Source: Perkinsus chesapeaki ATCC PRA-425 | Lineage: Eukaryota > Protista > Perkinsozoa | Length of the DNA stretch: 63,268 bases | Assembly (NCBI GenBank): GCA_013115145.1 | Contig: JAAPAO010000145.1 | Coordinates: 1-63,268, forward strand | Direction: 5' to 3' | Shown: positions 36,120 to 48,468 of the stretch, one piece after another | Layout: each line of letters starts with the position of its first letter | How positions within the stretch are numbered: the first letter of the stretch is position 1 | Translations under genes and position numbers: made by a program | Notes under the pieces: generated by a model | Seen by the model: only the letters and a program-made list of their open reading frames with translations | Told to the model about the DNA's origin: nothing | Database searches by the model: none

Positions 36120-38213
36120 ATGTTTTCCCTCTCCCGGGGACTACGGCGAGAATTCGCATCAGTTCCGCAAAGAGGTCGACGGATGCCATCGAGGGAGTTC
36201 CGGCCGATGATGCACGCCAGTGATAAGATGCAACATTGCGAGAACCGCTTCACGCTTTCTAAGGACACTGGTAGTGCGGTGATTGAGACGCGGAGATGGG
36301 TTATAGCAGATACGCAGGAGTGCGGACATGCTATTGCCGGCTATCTTAGGGAACCGGGACAGATGGTTGTGTTACAAATGGTAGTAGTGGCGAAGTCGAA
36401 TTGGAAAGGAGCATTCATTGGTATCAGATCGGTCCCGATGCCTGTGCCAAGGCGGTGAGGACTGCGGCGTACCTTAGACAGCAGTACAGCTTGGATTTGG
36501 ATCTCCGATTCACTACGGCACCGGAAGGGGTGGTTGCTTATGGTGGGCCATGTGACTTATTATTAGTATAAACGTATAGTGAGCATTCGACTACTGCTAG
36601 CAGCACCCCGAATAGAAATGCAAATTGAAGAAAGAATATTTTCGAAACCTGATGCCTAGAAACGGAGATGCGCATATATTCTGACTGAGAACTTCATGCA
36701 GGTTATCATGATATAGGTTTCGTCTTACCTGTATATAATTCCACCTCAGCCCCGACTCTGGCGGCCACGCGTGTGCTGTATTGAATTCACCGTTGTGTTT
36801 ATAAACTATTCGTTGGTTGCTTCAGTACATGTGTTGCCATCGTTCTAGCCAATACTCTCAGTGCGTTCTTCGTGAAAAATCGGAGGAACACGGCAAAATC
36901 GGTGGCTTCAAAACGCGTACGCCGATTTAGCTCGATGGTTGTTAGTGAATGTACGGTATATCTGATTTAGATAAAGACGCTGCCGAGGAGATATGGATCG
37001 GCATGGAAGTCGCCGAGGGCAAGCCGCCATTCACAGCTTTGGTCGACTTCGAGATTTCCAGCAAGACGTTTCCGGACAAGCTAGCTTGGGCTGTGGCATC
37101 CCATCTATTCCGTGGTGAGAGTATGAGGCTTACAGGTGAGCATTAGGGAATCTTTGATACGGATGGTGTTACTAAAATATCTAGTGTCTCGCTCTGCATT
37201 CCCTTATATTTGACGGCAAGCGTCATTTTAATGCATGTACTGGCAAGAAATGCTCTCTCCCCGGTTTAAGGGCATTCAGGTACCAATGTGCTAGTGTGAA
37301 CTGCACTAGTCTACTACGGAATTCAACCCCACAAGATTGAACTGATAACCCTGATTTGAGGTCCTCATTCGTGAAATTATATAAATGAATAGTACTAAGT
37401 TGAGTGCTTAACTTGAACAGTGTGAGGTTAGTAAGTTAGACCAGTTAGACCCAACATATATCTTAGTGCGTTAGGCAGCTTAACACACTCCAGAATTGTG
37501 AGTAAGCGTGTAAGTATTTGCAGTGTGCATTCACTGGTGATCATATAATAACAGCAAGATGTAGAATAGAAGACTGCTGCGGGGGGCTGCTAGGCAGTAG
37601 TGACTGGTGATCGTGATATTTTAGGTATAGGACCGCGAAGTATTGTCAAAATGGTTACAGCAATAGGGATAGCATCCAAGTGGTGTAAGTGCTGCTGCTG
37701 CTGCTGCACTAGACCTTCTTAGTAGCTCGTCTCCCTGATCAGTTCACGATAAAGGTCGAGGTGAAGTATTGTCGAGGGCGAACTCGATCAGTGTAGCGCT
37801 TCCGCCGGGGAGTAAGTCAATATATCTTGGCGTCAATCTCTCAAAAGAAACTGAGCGTCTTTTGGGGCGTTGACGAAAACGTTAGGTATCAATTTGGGGG
37901 CTAAGCCTCACACGTAAATCATCGGGCACCTACGAGGTCGTTGGAAAGAACGGAAAATTAAATCTCAGAAATTTCCGTAGCGTAACTGTGATTTCTCCTC
38001 TCAGAGATGTACGAGGGCCGTAAGACCGATTTCTCCTGGGCGACTCAGATCACTACGAGACTGCAGCCCACAGAGGAGATGAGGAGAATACAGGAAAATC
38101 TAGCGAATGCCGAAGGAGTTGGTGCAGCTTCATTGACCCAGCTGGATGAGCTTGCGCGGAGCTTGGCTGTTGCAGTGCCGCCACAAGGGTCACGAAGTGT
38201 AGAAGCCATGTGA
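36120..38213 (+). CDS. Tandem SpoVS-like domain protein B, putative mitochondrial presequence (7 exons)
   Basis: Spliced: MFSLSRGLRREFASV...MQHCENRFTLSKDT|DTQECGHAIAGYLREPGQMVVLQM|IGPDACAKAVRTAAYLRQQYSLDLDLRFTTAPE...|EEIWIG...FEISSKTFPDKLAWAVASHLFRGESMRLT|GIGPRSIVKMVTAIGIASKW|FHDKGRGEVLSRAN...|KMYEGRKTDFSWATQI. Introns 36271-36309 and 36381-36427 were checked as GT-AG and frame-preserving. Confidence 0.85.
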
Positions 38214-38585
38214 AAGTTTCTGATGAGACGCTTCGGAGAGTATTTTGTTTACCACTGGTGTTGATGGGGATGAGGAATTGCCTCTCATATTTGAAGGTCT
38301 TCCTTCTCTTTATCGATGCATATACTGGGTTCCTTCGAAGAGCATTAGAACACCGTTTTCTCCCATGGTGGATGAAATGCATTGAGTACTCCATTTCTAT
38401 GGGGGACACTGTTTTATGGAATCAAGCAAGCCCTTTGGATTGGCATGTACTTCATCATTATCGAGCTGGATGGCTGTGAAGCGTTACGTGGGATGGGCTC
38501 TCATTTTTATGCAGCCTGTATGTATCATGTACAAGAATAGCATTGAATAAACTTGCGCACTCTTCCGTTCACGTTTCTATTCCAA

Positions 38586-40851
38586 ATGATTGTACTCCCC
38601 CGACGGTTGTTGCTGGCTAAGGCCATAAAGCCTGACAACCTGCTGCGATGGTCAGCACCTGTAGACCGAGAGCACCTGCTACGAGGATTTGGCAGGATAA
38701 GACCATCGAAGAGGATGCTAGAGGCGAGGAACCGATTTCAAGTGTGCGAGGATATAAGTGAGTTGATCACGGGTGCCACTGAAGAAGGAGAGATCTAATA
38801 CAGCTGCATGATATAGAGCTTGATATGGTTGATAGAAATATGTCCCTCTTTTGGCCTTGGGAAGCGTGTCAGCCTTGGAACACTTAGTAGTCCATCGAAT
38901 ATATGGGTAAAGGTAGCAGCATTGTAAAATTCAACAAAAAATCGTGGAAAAATTGGTATAAATTGTAAACTATTCTTATTATTACTACATTAATAATAAT
39001 CCTTGGTAATATTACCAATAGTAATATTACTATTTGTTGTATGTTAGGGAGTACAAAGTAGAGGAATTTGAGGGAGAATTAAGGGGAAATGCTTACGAGA
39101 GATTCGTTCAGATACTCAACAGTTAGCTGAAGTATTAGAAAAGTGCTTACTGAAGGAGCCAGAGGAGATAGTGGTGCTGCAAGCGGTAGGCCTGGGAGAG
39201 ACGACAATTCCTGGTAACAGTGGAAGGTTTTGCCACCGTTCATAGGAGCCTTCGATTGGACATCAGCGAACTGGCGGCCTGTTCAGTAAAGTGGATATTC
39301 TATCGTGAGGTGCTTTCAGTCTGACCCTCGAGCGCTGAACACAGCAGTTAGAGCAGCTGCGATGATCGGCCAGGCTGGGCGCTTGCCTTTAGTACTGCGA
39401 TTTACTGGTCCCCCGGGTGGTACTTCTGATAGTGGTAGGGTGGCTGGGGGCTTCGACATAGAAATGTCAGCCGTCGCTCTCGGACTTGCTGGGTGATGGA
39501 TGATTCTAGAAACTTGTTGGGAATCTCTCACTCACGGTGTCGGCAACAGGTGAAATTTCGCTGTCAACTTTTCGTTCGGTTTTCGCAAGCTCCTGGCATC
39601 TTAGAGGTAATCTCGCTTTTGAATCTGACTGAGAGAGATGGTTCTTATGGAACAGCTCTGAGCTAGGCCAGGTCAGGGCGTCCTAGAGGGACGTCGGATG
39701 TTCCTAGAAGAAATGCATTATCCTTTTTGTCTAGGAGCATGCTTCGGAGTAAAATGCCAATCGTATTTGGGCACTAGGACCACTTTTTGCCCCTTCCCCG
39801 AGGGACACAGACGACTCCCTGGCTCAGATGACATATGGATGAGCATCATCTCGGAGGGTTACACGGAGAGGCGGGATGGCGAAGTTAAGGATCTGCATGT
39901 TGCAACTAAAAGCAGCGTATCGGCGCTGGCGGTGGCTATTACTAATATAGTTCACGAGGAGTGCACGGCTCGGCTTATAGGTAGGTTGTCTCAGCTGCTG
40001 CCTTTGAAGAATCTTACGGTTATCGGCGTGAAAGTGTAATTTCCAACGAGTTGGCTTGTATAGTACAATTTGTATCTCGTTACATTCATAATATTATTTT
40101 CGTAGTGTACTAGCAACATCTCAGCTGTGCTATGTCTTGACGAGAGTAGGCATGGGCGGTTCGGATGGGATATATGCATAAGGCGGTTCACGACGGTTTC
40201 AAAGAGAGGGGATTTCACCAGGTTTCTTGAGCACGATAATTTATTGTGTACTGTGATTCAGCGAGGGGATCTTGGGGGCCCTCAGGTGGTATTCGGTGCC
40301 TAGTATGCATATTAAATATGTGGGGCTTACTCTTAGAGATATTTACCATCCTATTCAGGCATCGGACCAGACAACACGTTCAAGATGGCAAAGGCTATTG
40401 CTATTGCTGCTAACCATTGTAAGGCTGATGAAGGTCTCGTTGAAGAGTTATGACCATGGCAGGCTGTAACCCAGCGATAGGGCCAGTGGGGGAACTATTG
40501 AGTGAAGTGAGCACGATAGTGTTGGATCCGACCACCAACGCTCCTCCTACTCGACGTAAGGGAAGTCTGGAGAACTGCCAACAGGGAGTACCGAACATAC
40601 AAACGCCTATTATAGGGAGCTGAGGGAACGCATACGATACCCGACTGCTCTCATAGCTAATGCTGTGACGTGAACTAAATGAAGTCGCACGCTTCACCGG
40701 CAGAACGAAACTGAGAAGAAGATGAGATACTCCGTTGTTCCTTTCAGGAGGTGGTAATGGTAAACCTTTTTGGGGTATGCAGATCCTCGTACATATGCGA
40801 CCGAAGCATAGACGGAGAAGGAATAACCCACTGCCGTCTAAGGCGTCGTGA
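38586..40851 (+). CDS. Tandem SpoVS-like domain protein C, putative mitochondrial presequence (7 exons)
   Basis: Spliced: MIVLPRRLLLAKAIKP...MLEARNRFQVCEDI|NTQQLAEVLEKCLLKEPEEIVVLQA|SDPRALNTAVRAAAMIGQAGRLPLVLRFTGPP...|DDIWMS...DLHVATKSSVSALAVAITNIVHEECTARLI|GIGPDNTFKMAKAIAIAANH|...GELLSEVSTIVL...|GGNGKPFWGMQILVHMRP...*. Confidence 0.85.
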
Positions 40852-41058
40852 CATCATGCCAACGTTTCTGATGACACCTTTGAAGCGTCGTTTAGTTCGG
40901 CACGGTGATTGATGTGAATCTCGCTCGCCCAAAAAATAAATCTACGTCGGGGAGACGCCGGTGGCGTATAATAAAGACCTCGGGGAGGGAATTCTTGCGG
41001 ACGTTTGGTGGGGAGCGGCTCGAATATTTGTTCGTAGTAGAGGTAGTCGTTTGTCTGC

Positions 41059-43694
41059 ATGTTCGTGCACTCACGGCAATGCTTGTCGAGTCCGACGCAC
41101 TTCAGTCACATTTCCAAGGTGGTGCCGCATTTTTATGTGCCCTATTATGGAGCTAGCAAAATGAGATGGTAAGGGGTGTAGATGCTTATCTGATAGAAAA
41201 ACCGAAAAATGCGTATACACTGTCCCGGTAGTAGCCCATTCGAAATTTATTTCCTGGATTTCCGATCCTTCCAGCTGATTCACCCTCTTCTTTCTTCCTA
41301 AATCCGTTTCCTTGATACATAATCTCTTTTCTTGCTTTCAGATTTACCTTGAAACTGTTTCGTCTTTGTTTTTGTTAAACAGGTACCCAGTGCCTCCCTA
41401 TAGGAGGCTGAGGCCTTCATCGCTCCATCACTACCCGGAGGTCTCCAAAGTCACCGGTAAAAGGATCAACTGGTATACGAACGACCCCCAATCTGGTGAG
41501 ACGCGGTCCACTATATCAGTGCTGTTGAGCTCATTCCAGGTTACGAAGGTGCCAAAATGTTCGGCCCAAATACACTCGAGCTGGACGGTCTGCCGATGGG
41601 CCGCACGCCTGAGTATATGCAAGAGAGACTTAGGAGGTTCTTTTCCAAGTTCGGCGTGGTTAAGATATGCCGAGCTATTCCCCATGAACTTGACCCTTAT
41701 CAGTGCCAAGGGAAGGCATATGTCACCTTTAGAGACAGAGTAGGTCTATATTTCGGTACAATTGAGTGAAGGCGAACTTCGAGTAGACAATAGCAATGGG
41801 AAGCTCGCTGCATAGCCTCGTGAAAATGAACACGTTAACAGCTGCTTCCTTTGATGCCTCGCGGGGCAGCAGCAGCAATATTTGATATCTTCAAGCCCAG
41901 CCTGCTGTCTCCGAAGCATTAGTTCTATAATGCTCAGTGGCGGGCATTCGCGTATTTTTCCCAAAGTGCAGTGGGGATATCGACCATATGCAAATGATTG
42001 GCACCGCCGCCGAGTGAGACACTGTTTTTTTGTCTCGAGCTGCATGCACCTTGCGGGTCTCTCCCGTCCCTGGGGGGGACCTTGGTTACACCTCGGCGAA
42101 CCGTCGTCTTCGGTATGGGTTTAATCGGACTTGTTTCATTTTAGCGATCGGCGTTCCGAGCGCTGAAGGCCCCTCTGAAGTTCCCTGCATCCCTGCATGA
42201 CAAATTCGTGAAAATGAGGGATCTTGATACGGATAAGAGGTAGGTAGATTTTTTGCGATGGTATCTTTGTACGCGTGCGCAAAATCTTCGCTGTGCGCAG
42301 GAGCGATCCCTTGTATTTGGTGAAATCAGAGCATAATAATGAGCAGCTGATCTCAGTAGCTCGGCAGCTTCACGGGAAGCTCCTGAGTGGAGGGCCGAGG
42401 GCCATCAGCACGGTGTGGCAGGGTATCATGGAGCAAGAGTTTAGAACTGAACGGGTGAGCAATCTCTATCGGAATATCGTCAGATAAAGAAATAATAGCA
42501 TAAGAAGGCAATTAGGACTACCATTATAGATAATGGTTAGGTTACTAGTGAAGTTGATATTGATGAGGGAGTAGGTCCCGAGTTCGATCCCTGCATGGTG
42601 CATTTTAGTTGCGAACTGCCGATCATTGCGTAATACAACGTTTCGGGTCATGGAAGGACTTCTTGGAATCGGAAGGTATGAATCATATAGTGCACTGTGA
42701 TGGGCAGAAGGTATCGGCTAAACCAATGACACCAGTGAGATTGGAGAAGCAGGTGAGGAGATCAGGCGGTGTCGCTAAATATCACTCTTGGCATCTGCAT
42801 TTTCCACTGGTAAAGCGTTTTCTGCCATTTTTATTATACTTTACGATAAGACACATCCGTAGTAGCTGACACTGTACAATTCTATTGGTTATACCATACA
42901 AGAGGACCGTGCTGCTAGAGCTAAAAGTGGATTTCGAAGCTTATGCGAGATTGGAGAGTCTACACAAAGCTTGCTTCACAAAGCCCTGCTTGTCAGCCTC
43001 AGGTTGTTACTCACACTGTCGATGAAAATACAGCGATGTTCGTTTTTTATCGCTGGTGTCGAAAGCACTGTATAATTCTTCCGTTATCAGCTCCTTCAAT
43101 TGAGCATTGAATTGTCCAAGAAGCTGAAGGCAGAATGCAGTGTACATTGGCGACAGGGACGGGAGCATATTCCTCTGCCAGAGTAGCTAGCCTTGCTGCG
43201 CATGCGTGCAAAATATTATTATTATCACTCGTCAGTCATACGCGGTTCCTGATGCGCAAGTGGGATCATCACGAGAAGTTGGCCTGGTGCCTGCAGACGA
43301 TGAGTCACAACCACTTCTATCAGCGGGTAGGCCACGATCGACTTGTCGTTCTTTGGGGTGCTGCTTTACTCCCCGGAAGGTGTGATTAATGCGGGAACTT
43401 GACTTGCATTGAAATATGAAGGGTTTCGAAGCTTCAAACATAAAACTGAATACATGTACATGAAGTGGGGAGAACGGAGAAGTGATTACTGGAAGATCTT
43501 TTATTCACCTTTCGTGCACGGGTCAACCTTTGATTTGTAGTAGATTACACATACTGGTTTGTATGTAGGTATACGACCCTAAACTCATTGCCAAGTGGCG
43601 GATAAAGCGTGAACGCAACGTGGCCCGGAATAAGGCCCGGGAGGAGAAGAGGCTCGAGGCTCAGCAAATGGCAGCGATCGGCAGTGCGTCATGA
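41059..43694 (+). CDS. RRM-domain RNA-binding protein, putative mitochondrial presequence (multi-exon)
   Basis: MFVHSRQCLSS...KMRW|YPVPPYRR...|GYEGAKMFGPNTLELDGLPMGRTPEYMQERLRRFFSKFGVVKICRAIPHELDPYQCQGKAYVTFRDR|RSAFRALKAPLKF (RNP2-like LELDGL, RNP1-like GKAYVTF). Last exon VYDPKLIAKWRIKRERN...AS*. Internal exons are partly uncertain. Confidence 0.75.
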
Positions 43695-43789
43695 TCTTTG
43701 TGTTGGTTTTTATGTTTCTGTTGGAGCACTACAGTGGAGTTGTCAATTCGGGTTTCGTTAGTTCATAGAAGTTAGTTTTACCAGCGAGT

Positions 43790-46700
43790 ATGAGAGGTCC
43801 CTCAGCGCAGCTGGCCGCCCACTGTAGTAGTTTCCCGCGCGCCACGAAATTCAGGCCGGTCATTTTCAGTGCTAGAGGAGACGCCGGTGTCGGTAGATCG
43901 CCGGGAGTTGCGAAAGATACGCAACAGGAACGTCTGGTCTCCCACTTCGAAGTCACCGGTGAGCCGTGGGTGCAGCGAGCGGTATTCACCGAATTGTTGA
44001 CTAACCTATCGGATAAAGAGTATGTAATGGTACATCTGACCCGAGTATCACTCATCAGTACCATCACAATGTATGAATAATTTTGGATGCCTCCCTTGTG
44101 ACAGAATTCCGCTAGTGCAACTAGCAGCAACGCATGGCGAGAAGGAAATTTCGCTTCGTGCTTTTCCAGCATTAAGATTCATTTATCATGCCGATTGGCA
44201 GGGGGATTCTAGGGCTGATATCGGCAAAGTAAACGAGCGACTATCTGGTCAGCAAATTTGGCAACAATCGTTTGATATTATGATTAACTTTCTAAGTGCT
44301 ACTTGGAGATGCTTTAAATTCAGACTAACGTGACCTGTGCACTGGAGGGCAGCCCCTATCCTGCAGCGGAGTACCCATTACGAAGCTATCTAGAACAGGA
44401 TAAGAGAAAGCATGTGAGAGTGCACAGCGAGCCGCAGTGGAGGTTTAATGCACCGGGGCCATGTACCAGTATGGAGGTGAGAAGGGTATAGGGGAATGGG
44501 CTAAACCAATGGTGGAAGGTACGTTATCAGGGAGGAAATACAATGTGTCCCTAGTGGAAACGGAAACTTCAATTGTGTGCTCTTATCTGGCGGCATTCGC
44601 TGTTTCTCCTTGACATCCTGGGCCGGTAGGGGAATCCTGATCGATGATCCGTGATCGTGCCCTCTTACCCAAATCCGTCGTGATCTGAGAGGCTTAAGCT
44701 AGATCTATGATTGTTCAGCATCCGCATGCCGGTCCTGACATAGACCGATCTAAACTAAAGCGATAGGGAACTCCTGTACAGTGCTTTATTCTCTGTAGAG
44801 GAGCGTCTGTAGCATTTCCGCATTTAGAAGGCACAAGCTGTTGTTTCGCGTGTGATGTATGGTGGGAATGCTCCACAGTTACGGTTTGGAATGTCCCTCG
44901 AGCTCCCACTTCATTGGATTTGTTTTGCTCCTTTTCAGGTGGGCTGGCACAGTCAACCGAGCGCCCTGGACGGTCCGACTAGATTTGCCCTCAGAGCTCC
45001 AAAATATCCTATTAACAGCTCGGCCATGACAAAGTATTATGACAATATGGAGCTCACAAAATCATACCATGTTCTCCGATTTGGAAGATAAATTTATGGT
45101 GTACCCCTCAGCAGGGAAGTGTTGCTTTTGAGTGTTTCAATTGCTTCCGGTCAGTGTCCCACCATGTCTGTCGTGAAGCCGGCCGTGCAGGGACTCCTCG
45201 GTAGGCTATAGGGAGCGTCGGGGGCAGTGACGGTCTTGAGCAGATACTCTGGATACCGTAGAGGGTTTGGTGACCTTCGATGAGGTTCTTGAAGGGGTTG
45301 TTACGGAACTGGAAAAAGAGGCCTTCCGAGGCATCATGGAAGCACTTGCTAAGTAGGCTTACGGCGAAGGATTCGTACAAGATCATCATCCCTGGAGCAC
45401 AATGTATACCAGTAACGCACCCTACAGTAGGCTACCGCCATCAGCTACGGTGGAAGGACACTTAGAAAGTTTCGTCGAGTTGTTCCGAACTGTCCAGCAG
45501 TGCGCGGAATGCCATCTCATAGTGGCATACACTGGTTAATGCTGAAATGTGCAAGTAGCGAAGACTGGCCAGCTTCGGATCATTTGTTCAAAACTATCTT
45601 CCCTCATCGCCTAGGCGACCATGCACATACACTCCTACACTATAGCTGCCGTCACGGAAGGTCCCCCAGTGGGTCGTTTTATTGCGCAGTTGCCGTAGTG
45701 AAATGAAGTCCATAAAGAAGCCACGAGCTGCCGTGCATTTCATGCGCAGAACTATGTCTGGCAGGTTGTTTCGCTCCCTTCCGGCTGCAGAGGCCCAAAC
45801 TGCCCGTCAGGACTTTGTGGACTTCGATGGTCTCCGGCGCCTTTATTCGACCTATGTGTTGTTGCTGGCTGAAGAGCAGACCGAGGAAGATATGATTGAG
45901 GTTAGCATTGGACCATCCACTTGACTGAGCTCCCTTTGAGGGAATGGAAACAAAATAAACTAGCTACTTAGTTGTGCGGTTATAGCCGATGATGATATGA
46001 TAGAGTATTTAGGAGTAATCTAGGCACATCGGTGATGCTAGGCCGACTAGACTCAACCATGCCAGAGCTTCGACTCGAAGCTCTATCGATTTCAGAATTT
46101 GACGACGATATTCTTCCCATTTTTGGAACCGATCGTTCTCGGTTGTCGAGACGCTCGTGCGTTGGTCGATGGGAGTGGGTTACTGAAGACCACTAGTGAG
46201 CTTTGTAAGTTCGCTATTGCCGCTGGAAAGCAGGATGCGGCCGTGTGCCGAGGAATCAGGCTCATGGTCACGGGCTGTGACAATGCCAAGGTAGCCGCTG
46301 CTGTGACGTGACGCGTTGTGACATTGTGCCTTTGTTGCTGTAGTGGACTGTGTTGAAGACAGGTCTGTTGGATCATATCCTAGACTTGCTTCGCCGCCAA
46401 TCTCTTGACAAGGAAAATCAGTGAGGAAAAATCGGTATGCACGCATGCGCATGATTCTGAAGTTGTTAGACCGGATCTTCAAGTGCTATTGTGTATGAAG
46501 GCGTTGATCATCGACGACGATAAGCTGGCCAAGAACCCAGCCCATGTCTGGGCCAGAGAGCTATGCTGGTAGGCGGCGAGCTCGGTCGGGCCAAGCTGGA
46601 CGCCGATTCAGTGACGAGAACCATCTTACCAACACGCGTGTCGTGCTGCGCCGAATGAGGGAAATAGGCGAAGATGGCAACCAGCAGATGACTGAAGTCC

Positions 46701-47568
46701 TCGCGCTTCTCTTAAGAGAATTCTCGAACACTACGGACAAGTAGGACGCTCCGAAGAGCCGCGAAAACTCCCCACTTGTCAGCGCGAAGGTGCTGGCTAA
46801 CCCGGCCGGGGATGACTTCCTCTCGTGGGCGATCGACGTGCTCCATGCCGGCTTTGAGGACTTCCATCCCACGACGGAGCTGCTAAAGACGATGCGCACA
46901 ACTTCGTCGTTTGTCAGACAAGTGGCGTTCATTGACGATTTGAAGCTCGGTAAGTTTACGTAGCGAAGTGCAAGCATGGTCCTGTTTTCAGTGGTCAGCG
47001 AGATACTCATTTCGAAGGCTCTCCTGCCGCTGATGACCGAGTGGATCGGCAGGCTACATAACGAGGGAGAGGAGAAGGACTCAAATGAGATGATCAAATC
47101 CGGTATAGCTGATAACGTCTTTGGAATAATCGCTAATATCACGGTAAGACGTGTCGGTGCCAGGGATCGAACCAGGGACCTATTCAGATGCGACAGCCAG
47201 AGATAGTCGAGAGGCTCAGCGAGTCCTTCGATATGATGTCGCTGATAAAGCTTTCTATCGGCGCTTACTCTAAGAAGAGTGCGCGAACCGAGAAACAGAT
47301 CCTTCAGGTGCGCACTCTGGAGTTTTCTGACACCTCTAGCTGTCATCAGGTTCTGAATAATTTCCTTCGCAGCCCAAAGAGCAGAAATAAGTGCATCGAA
47401 GGAAAGCTGCTCGATGACGTAGCCTGGCACTGGGCCAACGATTGGGACAAGATGAGACTGTTTGATAAGAAGAAGTCGAAGGCTATTGGATGGAGTGAGG
47501 TGTATGAATTAGCACAGAGAATACTCATCGAGACAAGACACGAGAGCACGGCTGTTGAAGGCTCTTAA
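43790..47568 (+). CDS. Large multi-exon hypothetical protein, helical (ARM/HEAT-like?) C-terminal half
   Basis: Chain of GT-AG-bounded open exons (IPLVQLAATHGEKE; VGWHSQPSALDGPTRF; DTLDTVEGLVTFDEVLE; NLTTIFFPFLEPIVLG; DDFLSWAIDVLHAGF; final exon ...STAVEGS*). No family recognised; start uncertain. Confidence 0.6.
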
Positions 47569-47902
47569 AGTGGTCATTTTTGTTTGATATGGTTGTTGAG
47601 TTGGTGGTAATAGTAAACATTGCAAAATAAAATAACGTAAGAGCCAGTTACATTTCGTGCCCATTTGCTACCACACCACCACATTAGATATCGCACTTCC
47701 CCGAAAGATCGCTAAGTCCATTCTACCGATGTCCCTGTTGCTCGTTGGTGAAGTGTTGTTGATGAAATGATGCTGCGGGTTCTGCCTTTAAACTAATTAA
47801 CGCAACAGAGGAGCTTATCAACCGGAGTATCGCAGAGGGGTGGCAACCAGTGAAACCGGAAGAAGAGAAGGTTTCATCTTCATCGCGATGGTGACACGCT
47901 GC

Positions 47903-48468
47903 TTAAGAACGAGGCTTCTCCTTCTTCTCCTTGTAAAGGGCAAGAAGAGAGCAACCGGCAACCTTGACAACCTTGAAACGGACACCGGGGATATCACCGA
48001 CGGCATGGCCACGACGACCGAATCCAGAGACAAGGACTTCGTCATTCTCATCGATGAAGTTGAGGCAACCTATTAATGGAATAATAATAATAATGATAAG
48101 GGAGGAGTCATTACCATCATTGGGGACGAAAGCGGCGATCTTCTTGCCGTTCTTGATGAGCTGCACACGGCAGCACTTACGAATGGCAGAGTTAGGCTGC
48201 TTAGCCTCAATACCCATCTTCTCTACAACAATTCCCTTAGCATGAGAAGAGCCTCCGAAGGGGTTGGACTTGAATACTGTTCCGAGGTTGGCCTTCTTGT
48301 AGTCCTTATCGGCCCACCTAAACAGCAACAATAACAACAACAATATCGCCAATCGATGGGGATAGGGGTAATATTAACCAACGCAGCCCTTCCCTATTAC
48401 AAGTTCTTCCTCCTGGTGTTGCGGAGCTTACGCGCGCAGTTGATTCCTCTGGGCTTTCCGGATCCCAT
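47903..48468 (-). CDS. RPS23: 40S ribosomal protein S23 (uS12), 3 exons
   Basis: [23 protein letters not shown]|WADKDYKK...[48 protein letters not shown]|[11 protein letters not shown]...[13 protein letters not shown]...KKEKPRS*. Confidence 0.98.

Noticed and set aside
46561-47430. 289-aa minus-strand ORF
   Set aside because: It is the antisense shadow of long + strand exons, has no recognisable motifs, and the + strand model has consistent splice sites.
48160-48185. RPS23 KCCRVQL instead of KCVRVQL
   Set aside because: A single substitution with no evidence of functional significance.
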